Shown in pieces: positions 30,858-40,256 of a DNA stretch of 64,000 nt. Both the position numbers and the translations under genes were made by a program. Below the pieces are notes generated by a model that searched no databases, was not told the origin of the DNA, and saw only the letters and a list, made by a program, of their open reading frames with translations. Within the stretch, counting starts at the first letter, position 1; each line of letters starts with the position of its first letter. The DNA is taken from assembly GCA_021785405.1 (NCBI GenBank), contig JAJYFF010000005.1, positions 23,738 through 87,737 of the forward strand, read 5' to 3'. This stretch comes from Pseudomonadota bacterium. GTDB taxonomy: Bacteria; Pseudomonadota; Gammaproteobacteria; Steroidobacterales; Steroidobacteraceae.

Positions 30858-31487
30858 ATGTTGCGTAAACACGACACACCGGCGGCGGCGGGCGCCGACG
30901 CCTCGATCCGCACGCGCCGCGCGTATTTCGACGTCCGCTACGGCCAATTGCACGTGCGTACAGCCTTCCCCGCGACCGGTGGGTTCGACGAGCAAGCGCC
31001 GCTCTTCTGTCTGCACGACGCCGGCGCCTCGAGCCGCGAGTTCGGCGGATTCCTCGCCGCGATCGCGGCGCGGCGTTCGGTGTACGCGCCGGATTGGCCG
31101 GGCTCCGGCGAATCCGATCCGCCCCCCGAGGGCGGTGCCGAGGGGAGCGCGGCCGCGGCGGTGCTCGATCTCGTCGCGGAGTTGCGCTTGCGCCGGATCG
31201 ATCTGCTCGGGGTCGGTGCCGGGGCCGCGGTCGCGGTCGAAGTCGCTCGCCTCGCGCCCGAGCGGGTGGGTCGAGTCGTCGCGGTCGGTGCGCACGCGCT
31301 CGTTGCGAGCGCGGCCACGACGCACCCGTGTCTGGTGCTCGCGCTCGACGGCACGCGCGATCCGCCGCGGGGCGTCCGCGGCCAGAACGTCGAATGGGTC
31401 GTCGCGCCGGAGTATCGCGATCGGCCGTTCCTGCTCGCGCCGGAGGCGCTCGCGGAACGCGTCGCGGCGTTTCTGGATCGCCGCTGA
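30858..31487 (+). CDS. alpha/beta-hydrolase-fold protein lacking the nucleophile Ser (probable pseudoenzyme or gene remnant)
   Basis: ...APLFCLHDAGASSREF...YAPDWPGSGESD...IDLLGVGAGAAVA... The nucleophile-elbow position reads G-V-G-A-G rather than G-x-S-x-G. Only 209 aa. Confidence 0.55.
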   Translation: MLRKHDTPAAAGADASIRTRRAYFDVRYGQLHVRTAFPATGGFDEQAPLFCLHDAGASSREFGGFLAAIAARRSVYAPDWPGSGESDPPPEGGAEGSAAAAVLDLVAELRLRRIDLLGVGAGAAVAVEVARLAPERVGRVVAVGAHALVASAATTHPCLVLALDGTRDPPRGVRGQNVEWVVAPEYRDRPFLLAPEALAERVAAFLDRR

Positions 31488-31512
31488 ACCTGCCAACCCG
31501 CCGAGCCGGCAC

Positions 31513-32346
31513 GTGCGAATCAACAAATTCATCAGTGAGAGCGGTCTGTGCTCACGGCGCGAGGCGGATCGCTGGATCGCCGCGGGCCGCGTGAGCTGCA
31601 ACGGGATCACGGCGACGCTCGGTACCCCGGTCGAGCCGGGCGACGACGTCCGCATCGACGGCGTACCGCTGCGAGCGAGGCGGCCCGCGGTCTACATCGC
31701 GCTCAACAAGCCCGTCGGCATCACGTCGACGACCGAACCCGACGTCGCCGGGAACATCGTCGACCTGGTCGGTCACGCCGAGCGCATCTTCCCCGTCGGA
31801 CGCCTCGACAAGGACTCCGAAGGGCTGATCTTGCTCACCAACGACGGCGACATCGTGAACGAGATCCTGCGGGTGGAGAACGCGCACGAGAAGGAGTACG
31901 TGGTCGCGGTCGACCGGCCGATCACGCCGATGACGCTCGCGCTGATGCGCAGCGGCGTGCGCATCCGGGGGCAGATGACCCGGCCGTGCCGCGCCGAGCG
32001 GATCGACGACCGGCGGTTTCGGATCGTGCTCACCCAAGGCTTGAACCGGCAGATTCGCCGGATGTGCTCGGCGCTCGGGTACCGCGTGCAGCAGTTGCGC
32101 CGCGTGCGGATCAGCAACATTCATCTCGAGGACTTGCCGCCGGGACACTGGCGGCCGCTGACCGCGGCCGAGCTCGCGGGTCTCCTGCCCGCCCGCTTCG
32201 CGGCGGCGTCGCCGGATCAGCCCCCTCGCAACGCGTCGGCCGGCACTCCCTCGGTCCAGCGGCGCCCGGCCGCTGCGCGCCAATCCGGGTCCTGTGCCTT
32301 GAACGCCAACCAGCGAAAGAAATCCGGGCCGCGTCCGGGCCAGTAG
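31513..32346 (+). CDS. rluF: 23S rRNA pseudouridine synthase, RluF/RsuA family
   Basis: VRINKFISESGLCSRREADRWIAAGRVSCNG (S4 domain) and ...FPVGRLDKDSEGLILLTNDG... (catalytic Asp motif). GTG start at 31513. Confidence 0.85.
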   Translation: MRINKFISESGLCSRREADRWIAAGRVSCNGITATLGTPVEPGDDVRIDGVPLRARRPAVYIALNKPVGITSTTEPDVAGNIVDLVGHAERIFPVGRLDKDSEGLILLTNDGDIVNEILRVENAHEKEYVVAVDRPITPMTLALMRSGVRIRGQMTRPCRAERIDDRRFRIVLTQGLNRQIRRMCSALGYRVQQLRRVRISNIHLEDLPPGHWRPLTAAELAGLLPARFAAASPDQPPRNASAGTPSVQRRPAAARQSGSCALNANQRKKSGPRPGQ

Positions 32347-32672
32347 GCGAGCCGGTAGAGCACGCCGGAGGTGCTCGACTCGACGATGAATTTGCGGCGC
32401 AGTCCGAGCGACGCCGGGTCGGCGAAACAGCGGATGCGCGGCGAATTCTCCGCGAGCGCGAATTGCGCCAGACCGATCTGCAGACGCAGCCGGCCGTCCA
32501 GCGCGTACAGACAGACGTTCGGCGGCGTGCCACGGATCATCGCGATGCCGTGCACGATCGCGACCGCCTCGTCGCTCGGCGTCCACGTGCCGTCCTGCGT
32601 CTGCCAGTGCAGCACCATGCGGTGACGCCGGAAATCGATCACCGGAATCGGCGTCGCGAGCGCGCGGGTCAC
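32217..32672 (-). CDS. hypothetical protein (~133-151 aa)
   Basis: Only the C-terminal part of track ORF 32217..32975 has non-junk composition (MVLHWQTQDGTWTPSDEAVAIVHGIAMIRG...FFRWLAFKAQDPDW). It lies 20 nt downstream of the dsbD-family gene. Start is GTG 32672 or ATG 32618. Confidence 0.45.
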   Translation of the reverse strand: MTRALATPIPVIDFRRHRMVLHWQTQDGTWTPSDEAVAIVHGIAMIRGTPPNVCLYALDGRLRLQIGLAQFALAENSPRIRCFADPASLGLRRKFIVESSTSGVLYRLAYWPGRGPDFFRWLAFKAQDPDWRAAAGRRWTEGVPADALRGG

Positions 32673-32692
32673 GCTGGGCCCTCGGACCCCAT

Positions 32693-34882
32693 TCAGCGCG
32701 ACCGCAGCACGGGCAGTTGCGCGAACGCCCGTTCGACGATGCGCGCGGTCAGGAACTGCGGCAAGATCCGCGCCTGCCGCGACCCCGGCGTCCCGCCGTA
32801 GACGACGTACAGGGGGACGCCGGCACGGCCGAATTTCGCGAGTGCGCGGGTGATTCGCGGGTCGCCGTCGGTCCAGTCCGCCCGCATCAACGTGACGTCG
32901 CGCGCCCGCAGGTACGCGCGCACCGCCGGATCGTCGAGCACCGTACGTTCGTCCACCAGGCAGGTCAGGCACCACCTCGCGGTGAAGTCGATGAACAGCG
33001 GGCGCGCCTGCGCGCGCAGCAATGCCACGCGCGCCGGATCATAGGCGATCCAGCCGGAGCCGCTCGCGGCCGCCGGTGCTGCCGCCGCGTCCGCCCGGGC
33101 CGCTTGATACGCGAACGGCAGCGCGACCGCGCCGAGCAGCGCCGCGATAGCGACGATCGCCGCCAGTCGACGGGGCCGACCCTTCGATTCCCGGAATCCC
33201 CAGGCGGCGAGGCCGATGAGGACGATGCCGCCGAGCGCCGCCGCGAACCCGGTCGCGCTGGTCTGCTGCGACAGGACCCAGATCAGCCAAGCAACCGAGG
33301 CGTACATCGGGAACGCGAGCAACTGCCGGAAGGTGAGCATCCACGGGCCGGGCCGAGGGAGCGCGCGGCGCAACCCCGGCACGAAGGACACGGCCACCAA
33401 GGGGAGACAGAGCCCGACGCCGAGGGCCGCGAAGATCGTGAGCGCCCGCGGTGCCGACTGCGTCAGCGCGACGCCGACCGCGGTCGCCATGAACGGCGCC
33501 GTGCAGGGCGATGCGACCAAGGTCGTCAATACGCCGGTGAAGAAGGAGCCGCGGATCCCGCCGTCCCGCGTGAGCTTCTCGCCGACGTCGGCGAAGGCGC
33601 CGCCGAACTCGAAGACGCCCGACAGGTTCAGGCCGACGAGCAGCAACAGGTAGCTCATCAAGGTCACGAACCGCGGCGACTGCAGCTGAAAGCCCCAGCC
33701 GACGCGCGCGCCGCCGGTCCGCAACACGATCAGCACCGCCGCGAGCGCGAGCATCGAGGTGATCACGCCGCCGCCGAACGCGAGCCCCTTGTGGCGAACT
33801 TCGCGGGGATGCCGCGCCGCCTGCTCGACGAGACTCACCGCCTTGATCGACAACACCGGCAGCACGCAAGGCATCAAATTGAGGACCAGACCCCCGAGCA
33901 GCGCCAGGCCGGCGAGGGGCCACAGCGCGGCCGCCACGGATCGGCTCGGCGTCGTCGGCGCGGCCGTCACCGACGCGACGCCCGCCGCCGCGCCGTTCGC
34001 GGTGGCGGCAGCGCTCGCGGCGCCGGTGCCGGCGACGGTGAGCGACGGCGCGATCACGAGCGCGACGGTGGACGGCGCCGCGCGCCCGGGTTCGGTCCCG
34101 ATCACCAGGCCGCGCAAGCGACCGGAATGCGGTTGGTAGCCCGGCTTCATCGAAATCTCGATCGCGCCGTGGTCGCGGCGGATTCGCTGGGGCGCCGCGT
34201 ACTCGATCATGCCGTCCTCGTACGGCACGAATTGCAGCGCGTGCGCGGCGGCGAGGCTGGGCCGGAGGTCGGCGCCGAGTCGGATCACGATGCGGCCGTC
34301 GCGCATCGCGGCGGCGATCGTCCCGGTTGCCGGCCGCGGCAACGCGTCGATCGCGCGCGCGAACAAGGCCGCGGCCGCCGGATCCGTCGGACCCGGCGTC
34401 GCTTGCGTCGGCAGTGTCAGCGCGAGCTTCGCGCTCTCCGGAATGCACACGTCCGAGCACACGAGCCAGCTCGCGTCGGCACGCAAGGTGATCGTTCCCG
34501 CGGGGCGCAGGTCCGGCGGCGCGTGGATCCGCACGAGGTACACCGCGGTCTGCGCATACCCGAAGTTCACCAACGGGGCGAGCACGAACCGCTGCGGCGC
34601 CGGCCACTCGATCCGTCCCGCCCGAAAGCCCGCCGGCAGCGTCCACGCGATGCGCGTCGCGCGGCCCGAATCGCCTGGATTGCGCCAGTAGGTGTGCCAG
34701 CCCGCGTCGAGATCGAGCACGAGCGCGACGCGGAACGACTGGCCGGGTCCGACGCCGCGCACCGCGCTCTCCAGCCGCGCCTTGACGTTCGGTGCGCCGA
34801 CGACGCCGCCGGACAACGCCAGCGCCGGCGCGGTGGCGCCGACGAGGAGCAGCGCGAGCAGCATGACGACGGATTTGGGCAT
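32693..34882 (-). CDS. DsbD/ScsB-family thiol:disulfide interchange (protein-disulfide reductase) membrane protein
   Basis: Signal peptide, an N-terminal periplasmic domain (WHTYWRNPGDSG...LVCSDVCIP), a TM core with NLMPCVLPVL and ASPCTAPF, and a C-terminal thioredoxin motif WCLTC. Confidence 0.85.
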   Translation of the reverse strand: MPKSVVMLLALLLVGATAPALALSGGVVGAPNVKARLESAVRGVGPGQSFRVALVLDLDAGWHTYWRNPGDSGRATRIAWTLPAGFRAGRIEWPAPQRFVLAPLVNFGYAQTAVYLVRIHAPPDLRPAGTITLRADASWLVCSDVCIPESAKLALTLPTQATPGPTDPAAAALFARAIDALPRPATGTIAAAMRDGRIVIRLGADLRPSLAAAHALQFVPYEDGMIEYAAPQRIRRDHGAIEISMKPGYQPHSGRLRGLVIGTEPGRAAPSTVALVIAPSLTVAGTGAASAAATANGAAAGVASVTAAPTTPSRSVAAALWPLAGLALLGGLVLNLMPCVLPVLSIKAVSLVEQAARHPREVRHKGLAFGGGVITSMLALAAVLIVLRTGGARVGWGFQLQSPRFVTLMSYLLLLVGLNLSGVFEFGGAFADVGEKLTRDGGIRGSFFTGVLTTLVASPCTAPFMATAVGVALTQSAPRALTIFAALGVGLCLPLVAVSFVPGLRRALPRPGPWMLTFRQLLAFPMYASVAWLIWVLSQQTSATGFAAALGGIVLIGLAAWGFRESKGRPRRLAAIVAIAALLGAVALPFAYQAARADAAAAPAAASGSGWIAYDPARVALLRAQARPLFIDFTARWCLTCLVDERTVLDDPAVRAYLRARDVTLMRADWTDGDPRITRALAKFGRAGVPLYVVYGGTPGSRQARILPQFLTARIVERAFAQLPVLRSR

Positions 34883-34968
34883 GATTCAGCGGTTCCGGAA
34901 ACGGCCTAACGATACACCTCGGGCCGCGCATCGGCTAATGTAGCCGCTCCCCCGAACACGAAACAGTC

Positions 34969-36489
34969 ATGCAAGAAAATTACGTCGAGAAAATCCTGAA
35001 GGCGAAGGTCTACGACGTGGCGATCGAATCGCCGCTCGACGCCGCGCCGCGCCTGTCCCGTCGGCTGCACAACCACGTATTCCTCAAGCGCGAGGATCTG
35101 CAGCCGGTGTTCTCGTTCAAGATCCGCGGCGCGTACAACAAGATCGCGCAATTGTCGTCGATCACGGCCGCGCGCGGCGTGATCTGCGCGTCCGCCGGCA
35201 ACCACGCCCAGGGCGTCGCCCTCGGCGCACGGACCCGCGGGATCAAGGCGGTGATCGTGATGCCGGTGACGACTCCGCAGATCAAGGTGCAGGCGGTCGC
35301 CGATCTCGGCGGCGAAATCGTGCTGCACGGCGAGGATTACGATCACGCATACGATCACGCGGTGGAGCTCGCGCGGGAGCGCGGCCTCGTGTTCGTGCAT
35401 CCGTTCGACGACCCGGACGTGATCGCCGGTCAGGGCACGATCGCGATGGAAATCCTCCGGCAACGGCACGGCGACGCGATCGACGCGATCTTCGTGCCGA
35501 TCGGCGGCGGCGGATTGATCGCCGGCATCGCCGCATACGTCAAGGCGTTGTACCCGCGGATCCGGATCATCGGGGTGCAGCCGGAGGACTCGCCGGGAAT
35601 GCACGATTCGTTGCGCGCGGGGCGGCGGATCGCGATGCCGCGCGTCGGCATCTTCGCCGACGGCGTCGCCGTGCGTCGCGTCGGCGAGGAGACGTTCCGG
35701 CTCGCGCAGCTGTACGTCGACGAGGTCGTGCTGGTGTCGACCGACCAGATCTGTGCGGCGATCCAGGACATCTTCGAGGACACCCGGTCGATCGCCGAAC
35801 CCTCGGGCGCGCTCGCGGTCGCCGGAATCAAGCGCTACGTTGCACGCGAGAATTGCGTCGACCGCAACCTGATCGCGATCAACGGCGGCGCGAACATGAA
35901 TTTCGACCGGCTGCGATACGTCGCCGAGCGCGCGGACATCGGCGCGCAGCGCGAAGCCCTGTTCGCGGTCGAGATTCCCGAGAAGCAGGGCTCGTTCCTG
36001 CATTTCTGCGAAACGCTCGGCCGGCGCAACGTGACGGAGTTCAACTATCGCTACGGGGACGCGAGCGCGGCGCAGCTTTTCGTCGGACTCGCGACGACGC
36101 AGGGCAAGGGCGAGCGCGACTCGACGCTCGAGGCGATCGCCGCCGCGGGTTACCCGGTTCGGGACATGACCGACGACGAAATGGCGAAGCTCCACGTGCG
36201 CCACATGGTCGGCGGCCAGGCGCACGGCCTGGAGCACGAGCGGTTGTTCCGCTTCGAGTTCCCGGAGCATCCGGGCGCGCTGCTGAAATTCCTGCGAGCG
36301 ATCGGCAGCGAGTGGAACATCACGTTGTTCCATTACCGCAATCACGGCTCGGACTACGGGCGCGTGCTCGCCGGGATCCAGGTGCCGCCCACTACGCGCG
36401 AGGAGTTCGTCGCCCACCTGACCGAACTGCACTACGCGTACGCCGAGGAAACCGAGAACCCCGCCTATCGAATCTTCCTCGGCGGATGA
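34969..36489 (+). CDS. ilvA: threonine ammonia-lyase, biosynthetic
   Basis: ...FLKREDLQPVFSFKIRGAYNK... is the PLP-Lys motif. The 506 aa include two C-terminal regulatory ACT-like repeats. Confidence 0.92.
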   Translation: MQENYVEKILKAKVYDVAIESPLDAAPRLSRRLHNHVFLKREDLQPVFSFKIRGAYNKIAQLSSITAARGVICASAGNHAQGVALGARTRGIKAVIVMPVTTPQIKVQAVADLGGEIVLHGEDYDHAYDHAVELARERGLVFVHPFDDPDVIAGQGTIAMEILRQRHGDAIDAIFVPIGGGGLIAGIAAYVKALYPRIRIIGVQPEDSPGMHDSLRAGRRIAMPRVGIFADGVAVRRVGEETFRLAQLYVDEVVLVSTDQICAAIQDIFEDTRSIAEPSGALAVAGIKRYVARENCVDRNLIAINGGANMNFDRLRYVAERADIGAQREALFAVEIPEKQGSFLHFCETLGRRNVTEFNYRYGDASAAQLFVGLATTQGKGERDSTLEAIAAAGYPVRDMTDDEMAKLHVRHMVGGQAHGLEHERLFRFEFPEHPGALLKFLRAIGSEWNITLFHYRNHGSDYGRVLAGIQVPPTTREEFVAHLTELHYAYAEETENPAYRIFLGG

Positions 36490-37754
36490 GCGCCGCCGCG
36501 CTCGAGCGCCGCGCGCTGCTGCGCGACGGAGATTTCCGCCGCTACGTGACCGCGCGGTTCTTCTCGGGCATCGCGGCGCAGATGATCGTGATCGCGGTCG
36601 GCTGGCAGGTCTATCGGATGACCGGACGGCTGCTCGATCTCGGCCTGATCGGCTTGTCGCAGTTCCTGCCGTTCTTCGCGCTCGCGTTGTTCGCGGGGCA
36701 CGCGGCCGACCGGTTCGATCGGCGCCTGATCCTGTGCGCGTGCGCGATCGTGCAGGGGGGCTGCGCGCTCGCGCTCGGCGCGATGTCCGCCGGGCGGATC
36801 GCGAGCACCGGGCCGATCTTCGCGATCCTCGCGCTGCTCGGCGTCGCGAGGGCGTTCCAGATGCCGGCGGCGCAGTCGTTCCTGCCGAACCTGGTGTCGG
36901 CCGAAGCGCTGCCAACCGCGGTCGCGATCGGCTCATCGGCCTTCCAGGTCGCGACGATCGCGGGACCGAGTCTCGGCGGCGCGGTCTATTCGCTCGCCGA
37001 GACGCGGCTCGGGGCGGCCGCCGGCGCCGCCGCGGTCTACTTCGGCGCCGCCGCGCTGCTCGCGTTCGCGCTCGCGATGCTGCTGCGGGTTCGGCGGCGG
37101 GTCGCGTCCTCGCGGACGGCCGCGCCGGCGGCCCGCGACCTGCTCCAGGGATTGCGGTTCGTCTGGCGGCGCAAGCCGGTGCTCGGTGCGCTGTCGCTGG
37201 ATTTGTTCGCGGTGCTGTTCGGCGGCGCGACGGCGCTGCTGCCGGCGTTCACCCGCGACGCGTTGCACGCCGGACCCGCGCAGTTCGGCTTGCTGCGCGC
37301 CGCGCCGGGCCTCGGCGCCGGACTGACCGCGTTGTTGCTCGCGTTCGCGCCGATCCGCCGGCGGGTCGGCCCGACGATGTTCGCGGGCGTCGCGGTGTTC
37401 GGGGTCGCGACCGTCGTGTTCGGGCTCACGCATCGCTTCGCGGTCGCGATGATCGCGCTCGGGATCCTCGGCGCGAGCGACATGATCAGCGTGTTCATTC
37501 GCCACGTGCTCGTGCAGCTCGCGACGCCGGACGAGATTCGCGGTCGGGTGAGCGCGGTGAATTCGATGTTCATCGGCGCATCGAACGAGTTGGGGGAGTT
37601 CGAATCCGGCCTGACCGCGGCCTGGCTCGGCCTGGTGCCGGCGATCGTCGCCGGCGGCATCGCGACGCTCGTCGTCGGCGCGCTGTGGGCCGGCTGGCTG
37701 TTCCCGCAGCTACGGCGGCTGCGCTCCTTCGACGAGATCCGCGAGTGGCGCTGA
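36486..37754 (+). CDS. MFS transporter (EntS/MFS_3-like)
   Basis: MSAAALERRALLRDGDFRRYVTARFFSGIAAQM..., 12-TM-like. The ATG overlaps the ilvA stop (ATGA). Confidence 0.8.
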   Translation: MSAAALERRALLRDGDFRRYVTARFFSGIAAQMIVIAVGWQVYRMTGRLLDLGLIGLSQFLPFFALALFAGHAADRFDRRLILCACAIVQGGCALALGAMSAGRIASTGPIFAILALLGVARAFQMPAAQSFLPNLVSAEALPTAVAIGSSAFQVATIAGPSLGGAVYSLAETRLGAAAGAAAVYFGAAALLAFALAMLLRVRRRVASSRTAAPAARDLLQGLRFVWRRKPVLGALSLDLFAVLFGGATALLPAFTRDALHAGPAQFGLLRAAPGLGAGLTALLLAFAPIRRRVGPTMFAGVAVFGVATVVFGLTHRFAVAMIALGILGASDMISVFIRHVLVQLATPDEIRGRVSAVNSMFIGASNELGEFESGLTAAWLGLVPAIVAGGIATLVVGALWAGWLFPQLRRLRSFDEIREWR

Positions 37755-37770
37755 GCGGCCTGCGTCGCGC

Positions 37771-38880
37771 TCAGGAGCCGGGCGTCGCGCCCGCGTGCGG
37801 ACCCGCGCGGCCGAGGCACGCGTGGATCTCGGCGACGATCGCGAGTGCGATGCCTTCGGGCGTGTTCGCGCCGATCGCGAGACCGATCGGCGCGTGCAGG
37901 CGGCCCGTCAGCCGCCGTGCGTCGGCGCCGAGTCTCGCGAGGATCTTGTCGCGCCGGGCCGCCGGGCCGAGCAATCCGAGGTACGGAATCTCGGTCGCGG
38001 CGAGCGCGCGCAGGTACTCGCGGTCCGATTCGAGGTGATGGGACATGACCACGGCGGCGTCGAACGGCGGCGCGCCGGCGGCGAGCCGCAGCGCGAGGTA
38101 TTCCGCGATCGCGCGCAGCTCGGTCGTGCGCACCTCGTGCGCGCGGGCGAAGAACTCGCGCTGCGCGTAATGGGCGCGATGATCCGAGACGGTCACGTCC
38201 CAATCGAGGAACGCGAGCAACTCCGCGACCGGGCGTGCATCGGGACCGGCGCCCAGCAGCAAGATCTGCGGCGGCGGCTCGATCGGCAGGTGCAGCGCGT
38301 CGACCCCCGGCACGACGTCGCGCTGCAGCCGTGGCGCCGCGCCCGCGTCGGGCATGGGCGCTTGTGCCGCGCCGAGTGCGAGCGCGACCCGCGCGTCGCC
38401 GTCCGCGCCGGCACCGAAGCCGGCGCCGGTCCCCGCGAACCGGCCCGCGCCGAGCGGGATCGCCGGATCCTGCGACTGCACGACCAACAGCACCGATTCG
38501 GCCCGTCGGGCGCGAAACGCGTCGAGCATCCCGGCGAGCGGTTCCCAGTGGCTGGTCGGGTCGAGCCGCTGCAGCAGGATGTCCATCGTGCCCTCGCATC
38601 CGGAGCCGAGGCCGAGGAGTTCCGCGTCCGGGCGGGTTTGGTCGTAGCGGACGCGCCGCGGCTCGCCCGTGGTCGCGACCGTGTGGGCATGGCCGGCGAG
38701 GTCCGCTTCCAGGCAGCCGCCCGAGAGCATGCCCGCGTAACGCTCGTCGCGGCTGAAGAGCATCTGGGCGCCGCACTTGGTGTAGGTCGAACCGGCCGTG
38801 TCGACGACCGTGGCCAGGACGAGCGGTTCGGATCGATCGCGGGCGCGCTCGAATAGCGGAATCAAATGGCGGATGTGCAT
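37771..38880 (-). CDS. XdhC/CoxI-family accessory protein
   Basis: MHIRHLIPLFERARDRSEPLVLATVVDTAGSTYTKCGAQMLF... plus a C-terminal Rossmann-like ILLLGAGPDA. Only the last 369 codons of track ORF 37771..41289 are credible. Confidence 0.8.
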   Translation of the reverse strand: MHIRHLIPLFERARDRSEPLVLATVVDTAGSTYTKCGAQMLFSRDERYAGMLSGGCLEADLAGHAHTVATTGEPRRVRYDQTRPDAELLGLGSGCEGTMDILLQRLDPTSHWEPLAGMLDAFRARRAESVLLVVQSQDPAIPLGAGRFAGTGAGFGAGADGDARVALALGAAQAPMPDAGAAPRLQRDVVPGVDALHLPIEPPPQILLLGAGPDARPVAELLAFLDWDVTVSDHRAHYAQREFFARAHEVRTTELRAIAEYLALRLAAGAPPFDAAVVMSHHLESDREYLRALAATEIPYLGLLGPAARRDKILARLGADARRLTGRLHAPIGLAIGANTPEGIALAIVAEIHACLGRAGPHAGATPGS

Positions 38881-38985
38881 CGCAGCTTGCGAGGATACAC
38901 CGAGCGCACCGGCAAGGGATCCGTCGCGGGGGCCGCGGCGGCCGAATCGGTTGCGCCCGAGGGGCTTAGTTCGTACCCTCGGGCG

Positions 38986-40224
38986 ATGTCCCCGTGGCGC
39001 GAATCCCGTCATCCGCGCGCGGCGCTCGGCGTCGCCGTGCTGCTGCTGGCGGGTTGCCGCGCCTTCGGTGCGGCGAGCCCCGGGACGCCGCCGGCGCGCG
39101 CGCTCGGCATTCCTTTTTACGGCACCCCCGGCCGCTACGACGCGATCACCGACGTCCCCGGCGTCGAAGTCGGCCAGATCACGAAGATCCGCGGCTCCGG
39201 CGCACTGAAGGTCGGCGTCGGACCGGTGCGCACCGGCGTCACCGTGGTGCTGCCCCGGGGCGAGCGCAGCGATGCGCCGGTGAAGGCGGGCTTCTTCGAT
39301 CTGAACGGCAACGGCGAGATGACCGGGCAGTCGTATCTGCAGGACTTCGGCGTCGCCTACGGGCCGATCGGGATCTCCAACACGAACGCGATCGGCCAGG
39401 TGTACGCGGGCATCATGCGCTGGACCTCGCGACGCTTCGGCAGCGCGATCTGGCCGGTGGCCACGGAGACCTGGGACGGCTATCTGAACGACATCGAAGG
39501 GTTTCACGTTCACGCCCGCGACGCGATCGCCGCGATCGAGCGGGCCCACGGCGGGCCGGTCGCCGAAGGCGACGTGGGCGGCGGGACGGGCATGATCTGC
39601 TTCGGCTTCAAGGGCGGGATCGGCACCGCGTCGCGAGTCGTCACGCTGCGCGGACGCCGCTACGTCGTCGGCGTCCTCGTCCAGTGCAACACCGGGTTGC
39701 GCGACACGCTGCGCATCGCCGGCGTGCCGGTCGGCCATGCGCTCGCGAACCGGTGGTTGCCGTGCTACGACCCCGCACTCGCGCCGGCCGGCAAGCACCC
39801 GCGATGCCAGTCCAGCCACACCGGCGGTCTCCATCGGCCGGATCAAGGCTCGATCATCATCGTCGTCGGCACCGACGTCCCGCTGTCCTCGACGCAATTG
39901 AACCGGGTCGCGCGCCGCGCATCGATGGGCCTCGCGCGGCTCGGCTCCTTCTCCGGGAACGGTTCGGGCGATCTCATCCTGTCGTTCTCGACCGCCGGCG
40001 AGGCGAACGACCCGGACCGGACCCTGCCGGTCACCGCAACCGAGATCGCGAACGGCGACATCGACGGCGTGTTCCAGGCGACCGTGCAGGCGACCGAGGA
40101 AGCGATCACCAATGCACTGGTCGCCGCGCGCACGATGACCGGGATCGACGGATACACCGTGTACGGCTTGCCGCACGCCGAACTCACCCGCATCCTCGGC
40201 GAATACCACCGCCTGGCGCGGTGA
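38986..40224 (+). CDS. P1/S58-family aminopeptidase (DmpA/BapA-like Ntn hydrolase), exported
   Basis: Lipoprotein-like signal ...AVLLLAGC. Also ...VGQITKIRG...GVTVVLP... and ...GSIIIVVGTDVPL..., typical of DmpA-type peptidases. Confidence 0.8.
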   Translation: MSPWRESRHPRAALGVAVLLLAGCRAFGAASPGTPPARALGIPFYGTPGRYDAITDVPGVEVGQITKIRGSGALKVGVGPVRTGVTVVLPRGERSDAPVKAGFFDLNGNGEMTGQSYLQDFGVAYGPIGISNTNAIGQVYAGIMRWTSRRFGSAIWPVATETWDGYLNDIEGFHVHARDAIAAIERAHGGPVAEGDVGGGTGMICFGFKGGIGTASRVVTLRGRRYVVGVLVQCNTGLRDTLRIAGVPVGHALANRWLPCYDPALAPAGKHPRCQSSHTGGLHRPDQGSIIIVVGTDVPLSSTQLNRVARRASMGLARLGSFSGNGSGDLILSFSTAGEANDPDRTLPVTATEIANGDIDGVFQATVQATEEAITNALVAARTMTGIDGYTVYGLPHAELTRILGEYHRLAR

Positions 40225-40256
40225 ACGGCGCGCGCGGCGCCGGGGCCGGCGGCTCC

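Noticed and set aside
32217-32672. PilZ-like c-di-GMP-binding motifs (RRHR ... ESSTSG) in the small hypothetical protein
   Set aside because: The two motif-like strings are about 85 residues apart, whereas real PilZ domains have them ~20-30 apart. The first is RxxR rather than RxxxR.
32717-34909. 730-aa plus-strand ORF and 630-aa minus-strand ORF 33039..34931
   Set aside because: They are antisense or off-frame to the DsbD-family gene, whose frame shows a signal peptide, TM helices and CxxC motifs.
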